DNA of 64,000 nucleotides from Octopus sinensis (lineage: Eukaryota), in the NCBI RefSeq assembly GCF_006345805.1, contig NC_042998.1:6262001-6326000 (forward strand). Direction: 5' to 3'. The position numbers and the translations under genes are program-made. Numbering within the stretch: position 1 is the stretch's first letter; every line of letters begins with the position of its first letter. Shown in pieces: positions 51,753 to 64,000 of this stretch. The notes under the pieces were generated by a model that searched no databases, had not been told where the DNA came from, and was given only the letters and a program-made list of their open reading frames with translations.

Positions 51753-52455
51753 CTAATGATTGGTTATAAAATATGTGAATTTTTGTGTATTTGTATATGC
51801 ATGTTGGTGTAAAATATATTTATATATTCGCCATTGAAAGTAGGATGGTGAAAATTCTACGGTAAAAAAAAAATCAAATAGCACTTCAAATGTATGAGTA
51901 TAGGAGTATACGTGTGTTTCCGTAAAATATATTTATATATAATATTTGAGTGAGTGTATATGTGTTTGTGTATGTTTATTTAGAAAGATACATAGAAAGC
52001 AGAATTAGCGACATGCGTATTTACACATACATATATAAAACCAGACTGTGCTACTCATACATATAAATGTATACACATGCATGCACACACACACACACAC
52101 ACACGTGTGCATGTAATAATTATTTTCTCTAAGGAGTCTGTTTATGTATATGTTTGTATAGATGTGTATGTAATACTTATTTTTACCCAGCTTTCTTTCA
52201 GTAACTATGCATAAACTAACCAGCATTCTCCAAAAAGTTGCTATTTATTTGCCAGTTCCCATGTTTAGTCACGGCCAGCTTTATGTGGCCTTAAGTCGTA
52301 CAAGAAGGGAGGAAAAATTTCTTAATCCTTTTGAAAGAAACAAGCAGTCATGGCATGTTAGTTGTAAATAGATTTTTCACAAAAAATTTGGTAATAAAAG
52401 AATAATTTAACTAAAAATTTGCTTTTGTATCTTTTTTTTATATATAAGATACATT

Positions 52456-52619
52456 CTCAGAGTGGTTGGTGTTAGGAAGGGCATCCAGCTATAGAAACTA
52501 CACAAGATCAGATTGGAGCCTGGTACAGCCTTCTGGCTTGCGAGCCCTCAGTCAAACCGTCCAACCCATGCCAGCATAGAAAACAGATGTTAAATGACAA
52601 TGATGATGATGATGATGAT
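52456..52619 (+). mobile_element. SINE S3 tail fragment
   Basis: S3 tail plus (GAT)n. Confidence 0.8.
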
Positions 52620-52879
52620 ACTACAATTAGCCATCATTTTTGACAGCACAGGGCCAGCTCGTAGTATTCATATTTGGCTTGTATCAACTCTTCTTCTGAC
52701 ATGCTTATTTCTAGTTAGCCATTCAATGCACCTGGCAATAAATATGTTAACACTAACTTAACAATTGGTTTTCATGCATATGGAGTGTCTGAATTACTGA
52801 ATTATTAATACTGTAAGATATTCTGTCAATAAATGAAAAAAGCTTAATCTTTAGAATCACAAAATCATTTCAGATCTAT

Positions 52880-53295
52880 AGGCGCAGGAGTGGCTGTGTG
52901 GTAAGTAGCTTGCTAACCAACCACATGGTTCCGGGTTCAGTCCCACTGCATGGCATCTTGGGCAAGTGTCTTCTGCTATAGCCCCAGGCCGACCAATGCC
53001 CTGTGAGTGGATTTGGTAGACGGAAAGTGAAAGAAGCCTGTCGTATATATGTATATATATATGTGTGTATGTGTGTGTTTGTGCGTCTGTGTTTGTCCCC
53101 CTAGCATTGCTTGACAACCGATGCTGGTGTGTTTACGTCCCCGTTACTTAGTGGTTCGGCAAAAGAGACCGATAGAATAAGTACTGGGTTTACAAAAAAA
53201 TAAGTCCCGGGGTTGAGTTGCTCGATTAAAGGCGGTGCTCCAGCATGGCCACAGTCAAATGACTGAAACAAATAAAAGAGTAAAAGAGTAAGAGT
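52880..53295 (+). mobile_element. SINE S1, full length
   Basis: S1 consensus. Confidence 0.9.
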
Positions 53296-53379
53296 ATATA
53301 AGCAGCAATAACAAATTAAAATGCCATGGGTTATGAAATTGTCTTGAACTTCATTAGAATACGGTTGTTTCTGCTGCAA

Positions 53380-53700
53380 GACGCAATGCACTCATAAATG
53401 TAAACACATTCCCAAACAGTAGAGTGTGAGGCCGTGTGGGAAGATGAGTGCAGGCATAACGTTGCCATCACTAGTGATCACTGCAAATACCATGATATTG
53501 ACTGGATGGTTGATTTTTATTACTCTCGGTACATGTTTTCAGATTGACACCCAATCTCTCTGAAATGTTTGTATTGGAGATTCCAGCATGAATGCCAAGC
53601 AGTACGGCATGTCATTTTCAAATTTCTGGCAGAGTGAATTGCATCATGGTACTGTTTTTCTCACAGACAGTGCCCAACTGACCCTACTATACTGTGTAGT
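53380..53700 (-). mobile_element. Deleted Tc1/mariner-superfamily remnant
   Basis: HAVLLGIHAGISNTNISERLGVNLKT (HTH-like) joined to IMVFAVITSDGNVMPALIFPHGL. Confidence 0.6.
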
Positions 53701-53740
53701 CGACAAAATTGAAACCAAACAATGCGCATGCATGAAATTC

Positions 53741-54285
53741 ATTATCATCATCATCGTTTAGCGTCCGCTTTCCATGCTAGCATGGGTTGGACGGTTCAAC
53801 TGGGGTCTGGGAAGCCAGGAGGCTGCACCAGGCCCAGTCTGATCTGGCAATGTTTCTACGGCTGGATGCCCTTCCTAACGCCAACCACTCCGTGAGTGTA
53901 GTGGGTGCTTTTTACATGCTTTTTACGTGTCAGGTGCCAGACGAGGCTGGCAAATGGCTATGGTCGGATGGTGCTTTTTACGTGCCACCGGCACAGGTGC
54001 CAGACGAGGCTGGCAAACGGCCATAGTCAGATGGTGCTTTTTACACGCCACCGGCACGGGGGCCAGGCGAGGCAGGCAAACGGCCACAATCGGATGGTGC
54101 TTTTTACGTGCCACCGGCACGGAGGCCAGTCGGGGCGATGCTGGCAACATCCGCGATCGGATGATTCGCTTATGTGCCACCGGCACTGGTATCACAGCTG
54201 CAATTTCCATTGATGTTGATCGACTTCGATTTTGGTTCTGGTTCCGATTTCCACTTGCCTCAACAGGTCTTCACAAGTGGAGTTT
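53741..54285 (-). mobile_element. SINE S3 with multi-unit internal array
   Basis: S3 tail plus about five ~63-bp units. Confidence 0.85.
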
Positions 54286-54507
54286 CTAAATTATAAACGT
54301 AAAATGGCAACAATTTACTCATCACTGCCTGCCTGCCTGCATGCACGCACACACATACACACACACACACACACACATACATACATACATACACACATAC
54401 ACACACACATACATGGGAAGTTTCAAATACTAAAGATATAGCAAAGCCAGGGTTGGTGCCCCAGCATGAAACAAGTTAGAGTTATATATCCGTGTGTGTG
54501 TGTGTGT

Positions 54508-54541
<34 letters not shown>

Positions 54542-54894
54542 TGTGATACACATACACACACACACACACACACATATACATGCATAGATACTTTCCACAG
54601 ATACTAAAAAACAAAAAAACGTGAGAAAAAATATTTGAAACATATGGATACATTCATAAATAAATCATGCTTTCTATTCTCTTGTGATGTCAGTCTTTGA
54701 ATATTTTCAATATATTTATAATATATTGTGGCAACAGTTAGTATTTCAAATAAAATATTTATTTGGCTTAGATGTTAAACCTAATGACACAACACCAGAT
54801 TTCACAACACTACTAGCTGATGCTTGACTTTCATAAAATTCACTCCGTTGCAAACATTCATGCTTTAAGCTCAAGTACACTCAAGCTTTAGCCG

Positions 54895-55142
54895 CCGCCG
54901 CTGCTGCCAACACCACCACCGCCGCCGCCACCACCACCACCAGCATTATCACAATCATCATCATCATCATCATCACCACCACTACTATCGTTGTCATCAC
55001 CATCATCACCACCACCACCACCATTATCCAGATCATAATCATGATCATCATCATCACCACCGTCATCGTCATCACTGCCGCCGTCGCCATCATCATCATC
55101 ATCATCATCACCACCACCGTCGTCGCCATCATCATCATCATC
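54895..55142. repeat. (CAT)n/(CAC)n/(CGC)n trinucleotide microsatellite
   Basis: Direct inspection. Confidence 0.95.
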
Positions 55143-55245
55143 CAGTGCTTTAAATCCAGGTTTTTGTCCCCATTAGCAAGGGTGGCCAGATCTACCTCGA
55201 TGCCATAGCAACTGCCGTCACACCATCTCACCATCTTACCTGGTT

Positions 55246-55432
55246 TTGGGAACCTTCCTTTTTCGAACCAACCCTCCCAATCTCCTCCTTCACCTGTCCC
55301 CAGTCTCCCTCACTTCTGCACTCCATTTACCTCGAACACAATCACCCTCCTCAGAACATGTTCTTCATCCCCACTGTGCCCATACCACCTCACTCTTTTC
55401 GTCCTTGCCAACCATTCCCCCGATTCCTCCAA
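55246..55432 (-). mobile_element. Decayed RTE 3' fragment
   Basis: Frameshifted R.RW.G....D.E.....CM...vEG...RGrpK.tW.e pattern. Confidence 0.5.
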
Positions 55433-55841
55433 CCTATATATTTTTATTTTTCAAGTCCTATATTTCATTCTATCTTTGAGCCATCAGACTGTGGCCATGC
55501 TGGGGCATTGCCTAGAAGGGTTTAATCAAACAAACCAACAACAGTACTGTTTTCTTTTATCATTATTATTATTATTATTAAGCCTGAAACTTATTCTATC
55601 AATAGCTTTTACCAAACTAACAACTGCTGTTGGAGGTGTAAACAAACCAACACCAGGAGTCAAGCATTTGTGGGGAGACAAAACATAGACACAGAGATTA
55701 TATATGTGTATATGTATATATATATATATATATAATATATATATATATATATAGGGGGAAGTTTACGAAAATAAACAAAAGACTAAGGCAGGTGGAGTAC
55801 AAACAAACAAATGTATTAGTAGGAATAGAAATAGAAAAAGT

Positions 55842-55877
55842 CTTTTACGTTTCGAGCCTACACTCTTCGACAGAAAG
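55842..55877 (-). ncRNA. Degenerate minimal hammerhead motif, family B, in a PLE-like fragment (~55754-55930)
   Basis: CTTT-CTGTCGA-A-GAG(TGTAGG)CTC-GAAAC-GTA-AAAG; stem I CUUU/AAAG, core A6 changed to U. Confidence 0.55.
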
Positions 55878-55936
55878 ATACACAGAAAAAAACAAGGAGA
55901 GAAACAAGGAGAGAAAAAAATGTGTGTAGGAGCACA

Positions 55937-57323
55937 CCATGAAAACCCATGTAATTTACACACTTCTTTCGCAAACACAGAAATAAACTTTGGAGGTGTG
56001 CATAAATTACACAAGTAGACCGTTTCCGAAATCTTATTAGAATTTGTTTTTGTTGCAAAATGACATACCGGAAGTTGACTCATTTAATGTCAGAATAGGT
56101 ATTTACAGAAAAAAAATATAATGAAGTTGACTTTTATTTATGCTGGACGGTATAATGTTTACTTTTTCTGTATAAATTTGCTAAACCCATTTAATGGTTA
56201 ACTAGTTTTTGAAGTTTGACATTCATGCTGGTTATCATGGTCTGGGCCATATTATACTGCATCTAACACCAATGACAACACCATAATTCATCCTTGCACA
56301 TGTGAATTCACTAAGTGAATATGACTTAGCGTTCCTACAGAAACCTTCATTTACCTTATACAATGTTTAATGTAGTTTCACATTCATGTTGAATTATGCA
56401 GCAATCTTATTTATGTTCTCTTCATAGAACACTTGTAATGTATGTATCACCAGTTCTTTTGGTATAGTAGATTTTTGCTATTCTTGTTTATGTCTCCTCA
56501 CAGACTTGTATATTCAAACAAATTGCTTCTTATTTCACACCTCTCTTGTTTAAATACTGAGTTAAACTTGCAAAGCTATTTATTTTCTCCTTTCGATTTT
56601 TCACCATTTATTTTAAAAGGTTACCAAACTATCAGTTTAGTCTCCCAGTTAAAATGGTAATGACAAATTTTAAAGTTTGCTTGACATTTTATAAGTGTGA
56701 CTAGGATTTAAATTTCGATACTCTGTATCAAAGGTTCCGACAAGAATAGGGAGAAGGTCAGAGTTTCAGACAAGAAAACAATTTCGACCAATCAGAATTC
56801 TGTTTACAGAATCAGTTTGATCATCTACCTTCCTCTGTCGGTTGAGTATAGTGTCTTCCAAGCTGGTGTTTATTAGTAACTAAACTTATTTTGCAACACT
56901 TGTGCATATTTATCAGCTTTGTTTTTGTCGATACAAATTATAAACAACTTTTCCTGTGATCGTGATTTGACAAGACATACAGAAGTATGTCTAAAGATTG
57001 GGCATGATCTCTTTTGGGCAAGAAATGTAAAATAAAGTTTATTATAAACAACACAAACACTTCGTAATTTAGTAGCTTTCAATGTGATACCAGTTATCAG
57101 AAATTATTTTTATTTAATGAAAATTTAATAAAATCTAATCATAAGTAAGTGAAATTATGCTACATACAACTAAACTAAACTTTTTTCCCCCTGACCATAT
57201 CAGCAATTCTGAAAACATTTGGGTGCAAATTTTACACAAGTAGAAGCTTTTTTTTAACAATTTTTATCCTGAAAATCACCTGCGTAAATTACACAGGTGC
57301 ACAAATTACATGGGTTTTTACGG
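55937..57323. mobile_element. Old ~1.4-kb TIR DNA transposon, pogo-like ends
   Basis: 27-nt TIRs CCATGAAAACCCATGTAATTTACACAC vs CCGTAAAAACCCATGTAATTTGTGCAC (transition differences only); TA on right, CA on left; no transposase resolved. Confidence 0.6.
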
Positions 57324-57510
57324 TACACACACACACGCATTAACATATCATATGCTTTTGTTCTCTACTCCCTCTATTTTGTTTTTTATTGATCTATTGT
57401 CATTTGTATTACAGCCATTGTATGAAATGTGGAGAATCTAAATATGATCTGACAGAACTTTTGACTCTATTCACCCAAAGAGACACAAGTGCTACAAGTG
57501 TTGGGTAATA

Positions 57511-57746
57511 AAGCGGTGAGCTGGCAGAAACGTTAGCACACCGGGCGAAATGCGTAGCCGTATTTCATCTGGCATTACGTTCTGAGTTCAAATTCCGCCG
57601 AGGTCAACTTTCCCTTTCATCCTTTCGGGGTCGATAAATTAAGTACCAGTTATGCACTGGGGGTCGATATAACCGACTTAATCCGTTTGTCTGTCCTTGT
57701 TTGTCCCCTCTATGTTTTGCCCCTTGTGGGTAGTAAACAAATAACT
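57511..57746 (+). mobile_element. SINE S2 with 14-bp TSD
   Basis: AGTGTTGGGTAATA (57497-57510) / AGTGCTGGGTAATA (57747-57760). Confidence 0.9.
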
Positions 57747-58349
57747 AGTGCTGGGTAATATTAATATGATGTTTTTAATCACATAACTATGCCATATATA
57801 TACATGCGTGTATATGCGAGTTTACACACGTGCATGTGTGTATATGCATGTGTATATGCTTGTGGATATGTGCAAACAAGTAGAATATAATGGGAGTGAG
57901 TTTTTCAAAGTTATTAAATACAATAGAGAGACACAGCAGAGATATTAAAATTGTTTAAAAATTGTTTAAAAACTAACTTCTTTTACAATAGGATGTTTTG
58001 TCTTTTTTAGTTGACTCATTGTACGGATGGATTAATGTTTTGGGATTACTGTCCACCTTGAACTCACCCTACAAAATAAGAAACTGATGCTGCAGGACAG
58101 CATCGGATAAATCAAGATTTAAAACAAAACAGTGATGACATGCCACAGGAAAGCTCATGCAACTTGACCAATTGAGTAATTTCATTAAACAAAATATTCT
58201 CCATTTCACAGAATATACACAAGAGGCACAATATGTTCCCATATAAAACAGCATAAATCTACGTCCAATTTAAGCATGAAAATTACACGAATTCCTCACA
58301 ATTTCTCTACCTTCTAGAACCTAACGATCTAATGTCCTTTCACAGATTC

Positions 58350-58630
58350 TCTACAAAATATCTTAGGATTCCTCATTACATCCTCACAGCTGCACTGGGT
58401 AAGATATATTTGCAAGATGATGGAGGGTGGCAGGCTCCCAAAGGGAGTTTTCTATGCTGAACTGCCTCAGGATGGTGGCCAAAGGTTGTGATACAGGGAT
58501 ATGCTGAAGAAGCATATAAAGAACTCCAGCATCTCCCCCTAGAACTTAGGAGAAGGCCCTGTGGCACAACAAATTGCACAAATCGCTGAACTCATAATTC
58601 CAGCCATTGAGGAGAAACAACAGAGAGCTT
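58350..58630 (+). mobile_element. Decayed RTE (BovB-like) C-terminal fragment
   Basis: QLHWVRYICKM..GRLPKGVFYAEL..GGQRL*YRDMLK. Confidence 0.7.
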
Positions 58631-58635
58631 ATTAA

Positions 58636-58856
58636 CCCTTTGGTGTTTAAGCCGGCCATATCCGGCCCAAATATCCTACATGTTTTACATTCAAACTGGC
58701 CATATCTAGCCCCTCACACCTAACCTACATTGACATTCTAAGAATAAACTATCACACCATCAAAACTTCAAAGCTGTAAGATAATGTATGATTAATTGAA
58801 AATAATTTGAGTGAAAAAAGTATTACATTTAACAGATTAATCTGAACACTAAAGGG
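58636..58856. mobile_element. piggyBac-type MITE P2, best-preserved copy
   Basis: TTAA|CCCTTTGGTGTT ... AACACTAAAGGG|TTAA; related copies near 8628, 9526, 22658, 24470. Confidence 0.85.
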
Positions 58857-59039
58857 TTAAAAAGCACATGAGAGGCTTAGCGGTTCGGCAAAAGAGACCA
58901 ATAAAATAAGTACTAGGCTTAAAAAATAAGTCCTGGATTGAATTTGTTCGACTGAAACAAAAAAAAAAACCTTCAAGGCAGTGCTGCAGCATGACCACAG
59001 TCAAATGACTGAAACACGTAAAAGAATAGGCACCAACAT

Positions 59040-59277
59040 ACATCATCATCATCGTTTAACGTCCACTTTCCATGCTGGCATGGGTTGGACGATTTGACTG
59101 AGGACTGGCAAACCAGATGGCTACACCAGGCTCCAATCTGATCTGGCAGAGTTTCTACAGCTGAATGCCCTTCCTAATGCCAACCACTCTGAGAATGTAG
59201 CAGGTGCTTTTACGTGCCACCGACGTGAGGGCCATTCAGGCAGTACTGACAACGGCCACGCTCAAATGGTGTTTTTT
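59040..59277 (-). mobile_element. SINE S3 fragment
   Basis: (CAT)n plus S3 tail. Confidence 0.8.
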
Positions 59278-61479
59278 AAGTATCTAGAAATAAAAGACAG
59301 GGTTAGTGGAGTTAGAATAATCTTGATTATAAGTCTGCTCCACCAAGGTTCCCTTGAGGCAAAACAACAATGCAACCACCACCATCACTACCACCACTAT
59401 CAGTCCTAATACTACTGCCTCCATTGCAGAAGAATTATCACTTAGGCAAAAAGCATTCATCATTTGCCACATAAATGCAAGGAACAAAATGTTTACATCA
59501 CTGCATCGAAAAGTTCCAAGAAGACATATTGAAGCGAGCAAACATAAATTACTTTTAATGTAGTGAAACGTGTGAGATTTTACAGTAAAATATATTATTG
59601 AACTATAGAATGTGAATCGAGAATCTGAATTGTTAAAGAGCATTATTGATTTCTTAAACAGACTCAACATCTTAGATTTAGAGAAGACGGTGGGGGAAAT
59701 GGAAATTCTGTAATTTCTATGATCTTCCAATAGACATTGCCAACATTAGTGATAAAATTCCAATAAGGAATCAAAAGCAGTCACAGTTTACAGAGAACTT
59801 ATCACTACAGCAGGGCAAGGGTCATCGTGATTATAATAATAGTAGTAATAACAATAAGGTTAAATAAATCAATAGGAGCTTTTTACTTGAAGTAAAAAGA
59901 ATACTTTTCTTTGGTGGATGAGTTAAAGTCAATCACAGTAAATTATGATGCTTATTTCAATGACCTGAGAAGAATGATGAGCAAAGTAAAACACAGTAGG
60001 ATTTGAACTGAGAGACAAGGAGGGGTGTAAAGTTAAATAAGATTAACATCCAGTTTATTGTTGTAAAATTTCTGAAAAGCCACCATCTTTACTATTATGA
60101 CAACATAAATAGCAATAATAGTTTTTAATGGCACAAATTTTGAAGCGAAGGGTTGGGATTACATCAAAACTATTATACAAATAGTACACATTTTATCAAT
60201 CTGAGAAGATTATAAGAAAGAGTTGACTATAACGGAATGTGAAGTATCATAATTAAATAGTTGATTTCCAATTTTTGCACAAGGCCAGCAATTCCAGGGG
60301 CGCTTAATCGATTACATCAACATCAGTGCTCAACTGGTACTTATTTTATGGATCCCATAAGGACGAAAGGTAAAGTCAACGTTGGCAGAATTTGAACTCA
60401 GAACATACAGAGACGAAACACCACTAAGCATTTTTTTTTTCCCAGTGTGCTAATGATTTGGTCAGCTCCCTGCCTAATCAGCACTAAATATTGGTTTCAA
60501 ATTTTTGGTGCAAAGCCAGCATTGCGAAAGTAGGGGGTCGATTATATCGACCACAGTGCTCAAACAGTACTTATTTTATCAACCCCAATAGGGTAAAAGG
60601 TAAAGTCAACCCAGGCAACATTTGAACTCAGAATGTACAGATGGACGAAATGCCACCACTAAGCATTTTCCATGGCATGCTAATGATTCTGCCAGCTCAC
60701 TGCCTTATCGGAAATAAATATTGCAAGGTATTTTGCCTGGTGGTCTAAACTATCCATGAATGAACTAGATAATCATGAATATTAATGATAAAGAATTCCA
60801 ACTTGGGAACAAAGTCAGAAATTTGAGTGAGCCAATTAAATCTATGATTCATCAGCAATAAATTGGTTATAGTTCTACAATACCCAAAATATTTCATGAT
60901 AGTTTTTATACAATTCCTAATAATATTCAATTATAAAAATGCGTGATTTTTTTTTTTGTAAACATTGAACGGCAATAAGGATCTATCACCATCGTCGTCG
61001 TCGTCATCATTATTGAACATCCACTTTCCAATGCTGGCATGGGTTGGACAGTTTGACATGGAACCGGCCAGCTGGGAGCTGTCCAGACTCCAATTGTCTT
61101 TTGTGGCATGGTTTCAACGGCAGGATGCCATTCCTAACGCCTTCAGCTTTTTCAGTAAAATAAGAATGAAAGGGGTCCATATGTAAAGAATGGTCAAGAA
61201 ACATTGATTCCCATGTTCTACGGGTTCTATCATTGTTACTTCTCTACTCATATTCTTCACCCTCTCCATAAGCGCTGCTCCTATCATGCTCCGAATGGAT
61301 TTTTTTTTCACTTTTTCTCATTATATTTTTTGGTATTTCCCTTATGTTACCTCATATTTCCTAAGATTTTGAATTTTAATATTTGTTCATGTGTTTACAC
61401 CATTGTATGTTTTGATATTTTGTATCAAATATTGGGTCCTTGTATTTTCATGTATATTTCCATATGCATTTTTTATATG

Positions 61480-61543
<64 letters not shown>

Positions 61544-61548
<5 letters not shown>

Positions 61549-61764
61549 TCATTACCAGCCTGGCCAAAACCGGCTCTGGCTCTGAGTTCAAAATGTCTTA
61601 TTTTAATAAGTTTTGAATTAAAATCTTCCCCCAAACCTTAGTCACAATTTATGTTTGTAACACTAGCTTAATGATAACTAAGTTATTTTACTAAATTCTT
61701 TGTTATATTTAAAGTAATTGAACGAAACACAGAGCATCTCAAAATAAATACAGTAACGAAAGGG
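61544..61764. mobile_element. MITE P1 flanked by ATAT
   Basis: CCCTTTCATTAC / GTAACGAAAGGG; ATAT at 61540-61543 and 61765-61768. Confidence 0.85.
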
Positions 61765-61914
61765 ATATAGATGTTTATATCCTTTTAACTCTGAGATTTC
61801 ATATCCATACAAGATATCTCAGTATTTTCCATGTTATACTATACCTGTATCACAGTTATTACATGCTCTTATTATCATACGATTAATAAATCAATACACT
61901 TACATTACCTTTTA

Positions 61915-62205
61915 GCCTTTACTTCTTTCAGTCATTAGGCTAAGGCCATGCTGGAGCACCACCTTGAAAAGCAATTAGTTTTTAAAGCCAGGTAATTATT
62001 CTATCACCCCCTTTTGCCAAACTGCCAAGCTACAACAGTGGTCGTCAAAAGGTGATGAGGGACAAACACACACACAAATACACTCGCACACATTTGACAG
62101 GCTTCTTTCAGTTTCCATCAACCAAGTCCACCCATAAGGCTTTGGTCGGTCCGAGGTTATAGTAGAAGACACTTGCCCAAGGTGCTACACACTGACATGA
62201 ACTGG
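61915..62205 (-). mobile_element. Diverged SINE S1
   Basis: Reverse complement of S1 body and tail. Confidence 0.75.
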
Positions 62206-62257
62206 GAACCTGTGTCAACGTTATTTTTTGTCTCTCTAAGAAGAAGAAGAAGAAGAC

Positions 62258-62548
62258 GGACCCCCTTTGGTCATGAATGACCAGGGGACTGCACCTAGAA
62301 ATTTCCCCTCCGACGTACAAGTCTGGGCAAAGTTGTTTATGGAAGACCAGCAGTTTCCCATGCATACCAGCCTCCTCTCTCCGTACCACTGATGTTATCC
62401 AAGGGAAAAGCAAAGGCACCAGTGATGTCACAACTCATTCCTGCAGCTGAGTGAACTGAAGCAATGTAGAATAAAGTGTCTCGTTCAAGAACTCAACATA
62501 CAGCCCCGTCCCGGAATTGAACCTCATGATTGTGAGCCTGATGCCCTA
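62258..62548 (-). mobile_element. SINE S4
   Basis: Homologous to 32990-33328. Confidence 0.75.
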
Positions 62549-62599
62549 ACCTCTGAGCATTCACTTTGTCTGTTTAACTAATACAGTTATCATACAATT

Positions 62600-63090
62600 T
62601 TTAAATTCCCTTTAACTTCTGTGTATCAGCTGAGCTACATCTATACATTTTACCCTATCCTTAACCAACACACAATAATTCCATTAACTGGAGTTAATTT
62701 ACAACTAATATTCACAACCCCTGAAGATTTCTTCTTAGCACTTTGCTAATAAGAACGGTTTATAAACTATAAACTATCAGCTTTTAATTTTAATCTTTAT
62801 GCATAAACTTTATTTAGTCATCTTTAGCTGCATAAATCTCAATAATTCAGGATTCATTGACAAATTTGAAGAGTTTTATACATTTACTTTCCCATTCCTA
62901 TATCATTTCTTCTTTACATTTCAGTTCTTTTGCTTCAACTTTTAGAGTTTCTTCACCCTTAATCTTTACTGATTTATATGTGAGTTTTGTTTCTAAATTT
63001 CATTACAGGGGTATAAGCCACTTAACCCCTAACCCTTCACAGGACTTTATTAATTTCTCAGTGCACAGTGTATCAGTTTCTGCTTTTATG
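62600..63090 (-). mobile_element. Heavily decayed RTE RT region
   Basis: KAETDTLCTEKLIKSCEGLGVKWL resembles RTE kA.G.D.i..E.lk..ge.gv.wl. Confidence 0.5.
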
Positions 63091-63099
63091 GTTTTCTAA

Positions 63100-63342
63100 G
63101 CTAAGCACCATCCGATTGTGGCTGTTTGCCAGCCTCGTCTGGCCCCTGTACCGGTGGCACATAAAAAGCACCCACTACACTCACAGAGTGGTTGGCGTTA
63201 GGAAGGGCATCCAGCTGTAGAAACACTGCCAGGTCAGACTGGAGCTTGGCACAGCCTCCTGGCTTCCCAGATCCCGGTCGAACTGTACAACCCATGCTAG
63301 CATGGAAAACGGACGTTAAACAATGATGATGATGATGATGAT
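63100..63342 (+). mobile_element. SINE S3
   Basis: S3 tail plus (GAT)n. Confidence 0.85.
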
Positions 63343-64000
63343 AATTGAATCCCCTCTCCCATAGATTTCATGTTCTCTTATTACTCGCCTCTGCCCCCCT
63401 TAAATCCATTAGTTATTGTTCCTCCCTAAGTTTTTATTTCATACACATTTTCACACAAAGGCCTGTATCACTTCATTATTACAGCCTTGTCTAGTGTTCT
63501 TCCATCTTCCCGTAAGTTATCACCCATAACTTATTTCCTTACCTTTCCAGTTCATTCGCTGCTCCCTTAACCCTCATAAAACTAACAGCCTCTCATGATT
63601 CCCAGCCCAGTCATATCGCTATGCAACATGCCTTTTGTCACACTTCAAATCATCATCATCATTGAATGTCCATTTTCCTACACTGGCATGGGTTGGGCAG
63701 TTTGGCCAGAGCTGCACCAGGTTCAAACCGTCTGTTTTGGCATGGTTTCTACAGCTCGATGCCCTTCCTAAAGTCAACCACTCTTACAGAGTGTGCTTGG
63801 TACTTTTTACAAGGCACCAGCACCAGTCTTTACATGACACCAGCATGGGTGCTTTTACATGGCACCAGCTTGGGAGATTTTTACCTGGCACCAGAAGGTG
63901 TGCATAAAAACATGGCATCAGCACAGGGCTCTTCCAAGCTAATCTTCTTCAGTTGTGGGAGTAGCATTGATAATTCTAATGCATTTCATAACAGCAGTGA

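Noticed and set aside
54881-55234. 117-aa Met/Val-rich ORF
   Set aside because: Translation of a (CAT/CAC)n microsatellite.
59284-59730. 148-aa minus-strand ORF with hydrophobic stretch
   Set aside because: The hydrophobic part comes from an (ACC)n repeat, there is no recognisable motif, and the opposite strand gives equally plausible fragments.

Overview
AT-rich eukaryotic DNA, very dense in repeats and microsatellites, with no prokaryotic features. The SINE families and (TA)n/(CA)n/(CATA)n/(CAT)n density resemble an octopus genome; this is inference from recognised repeat consensus, not a database result. The window is essentially intronic or intergenic. It holds at least four SINE families, decayed RTE and CR1/L2-like LINE pieces, two non-autonomous Helitrons, piggyBac-type, hAT-type and other MITEs, a deleted mariner, a DD36E-spaced Tc1 remnant, several foldback palindromes and local duplications. 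I could not identify a host protein-coding gene; only weak minus-strand exon candidates exist. Nearly all ORF-track entries are artefacts of repeats or microsatellites. The most interesting signal is a set of short elements next to (TA)n tracts that carry minimal type-I hammerhead ribozyme motifs of two sequence families, Penelope-pLTR/retrozyme-like. Some are duplicated back-to-back into palindromes, and several have a CCGA rather than CUGA core.
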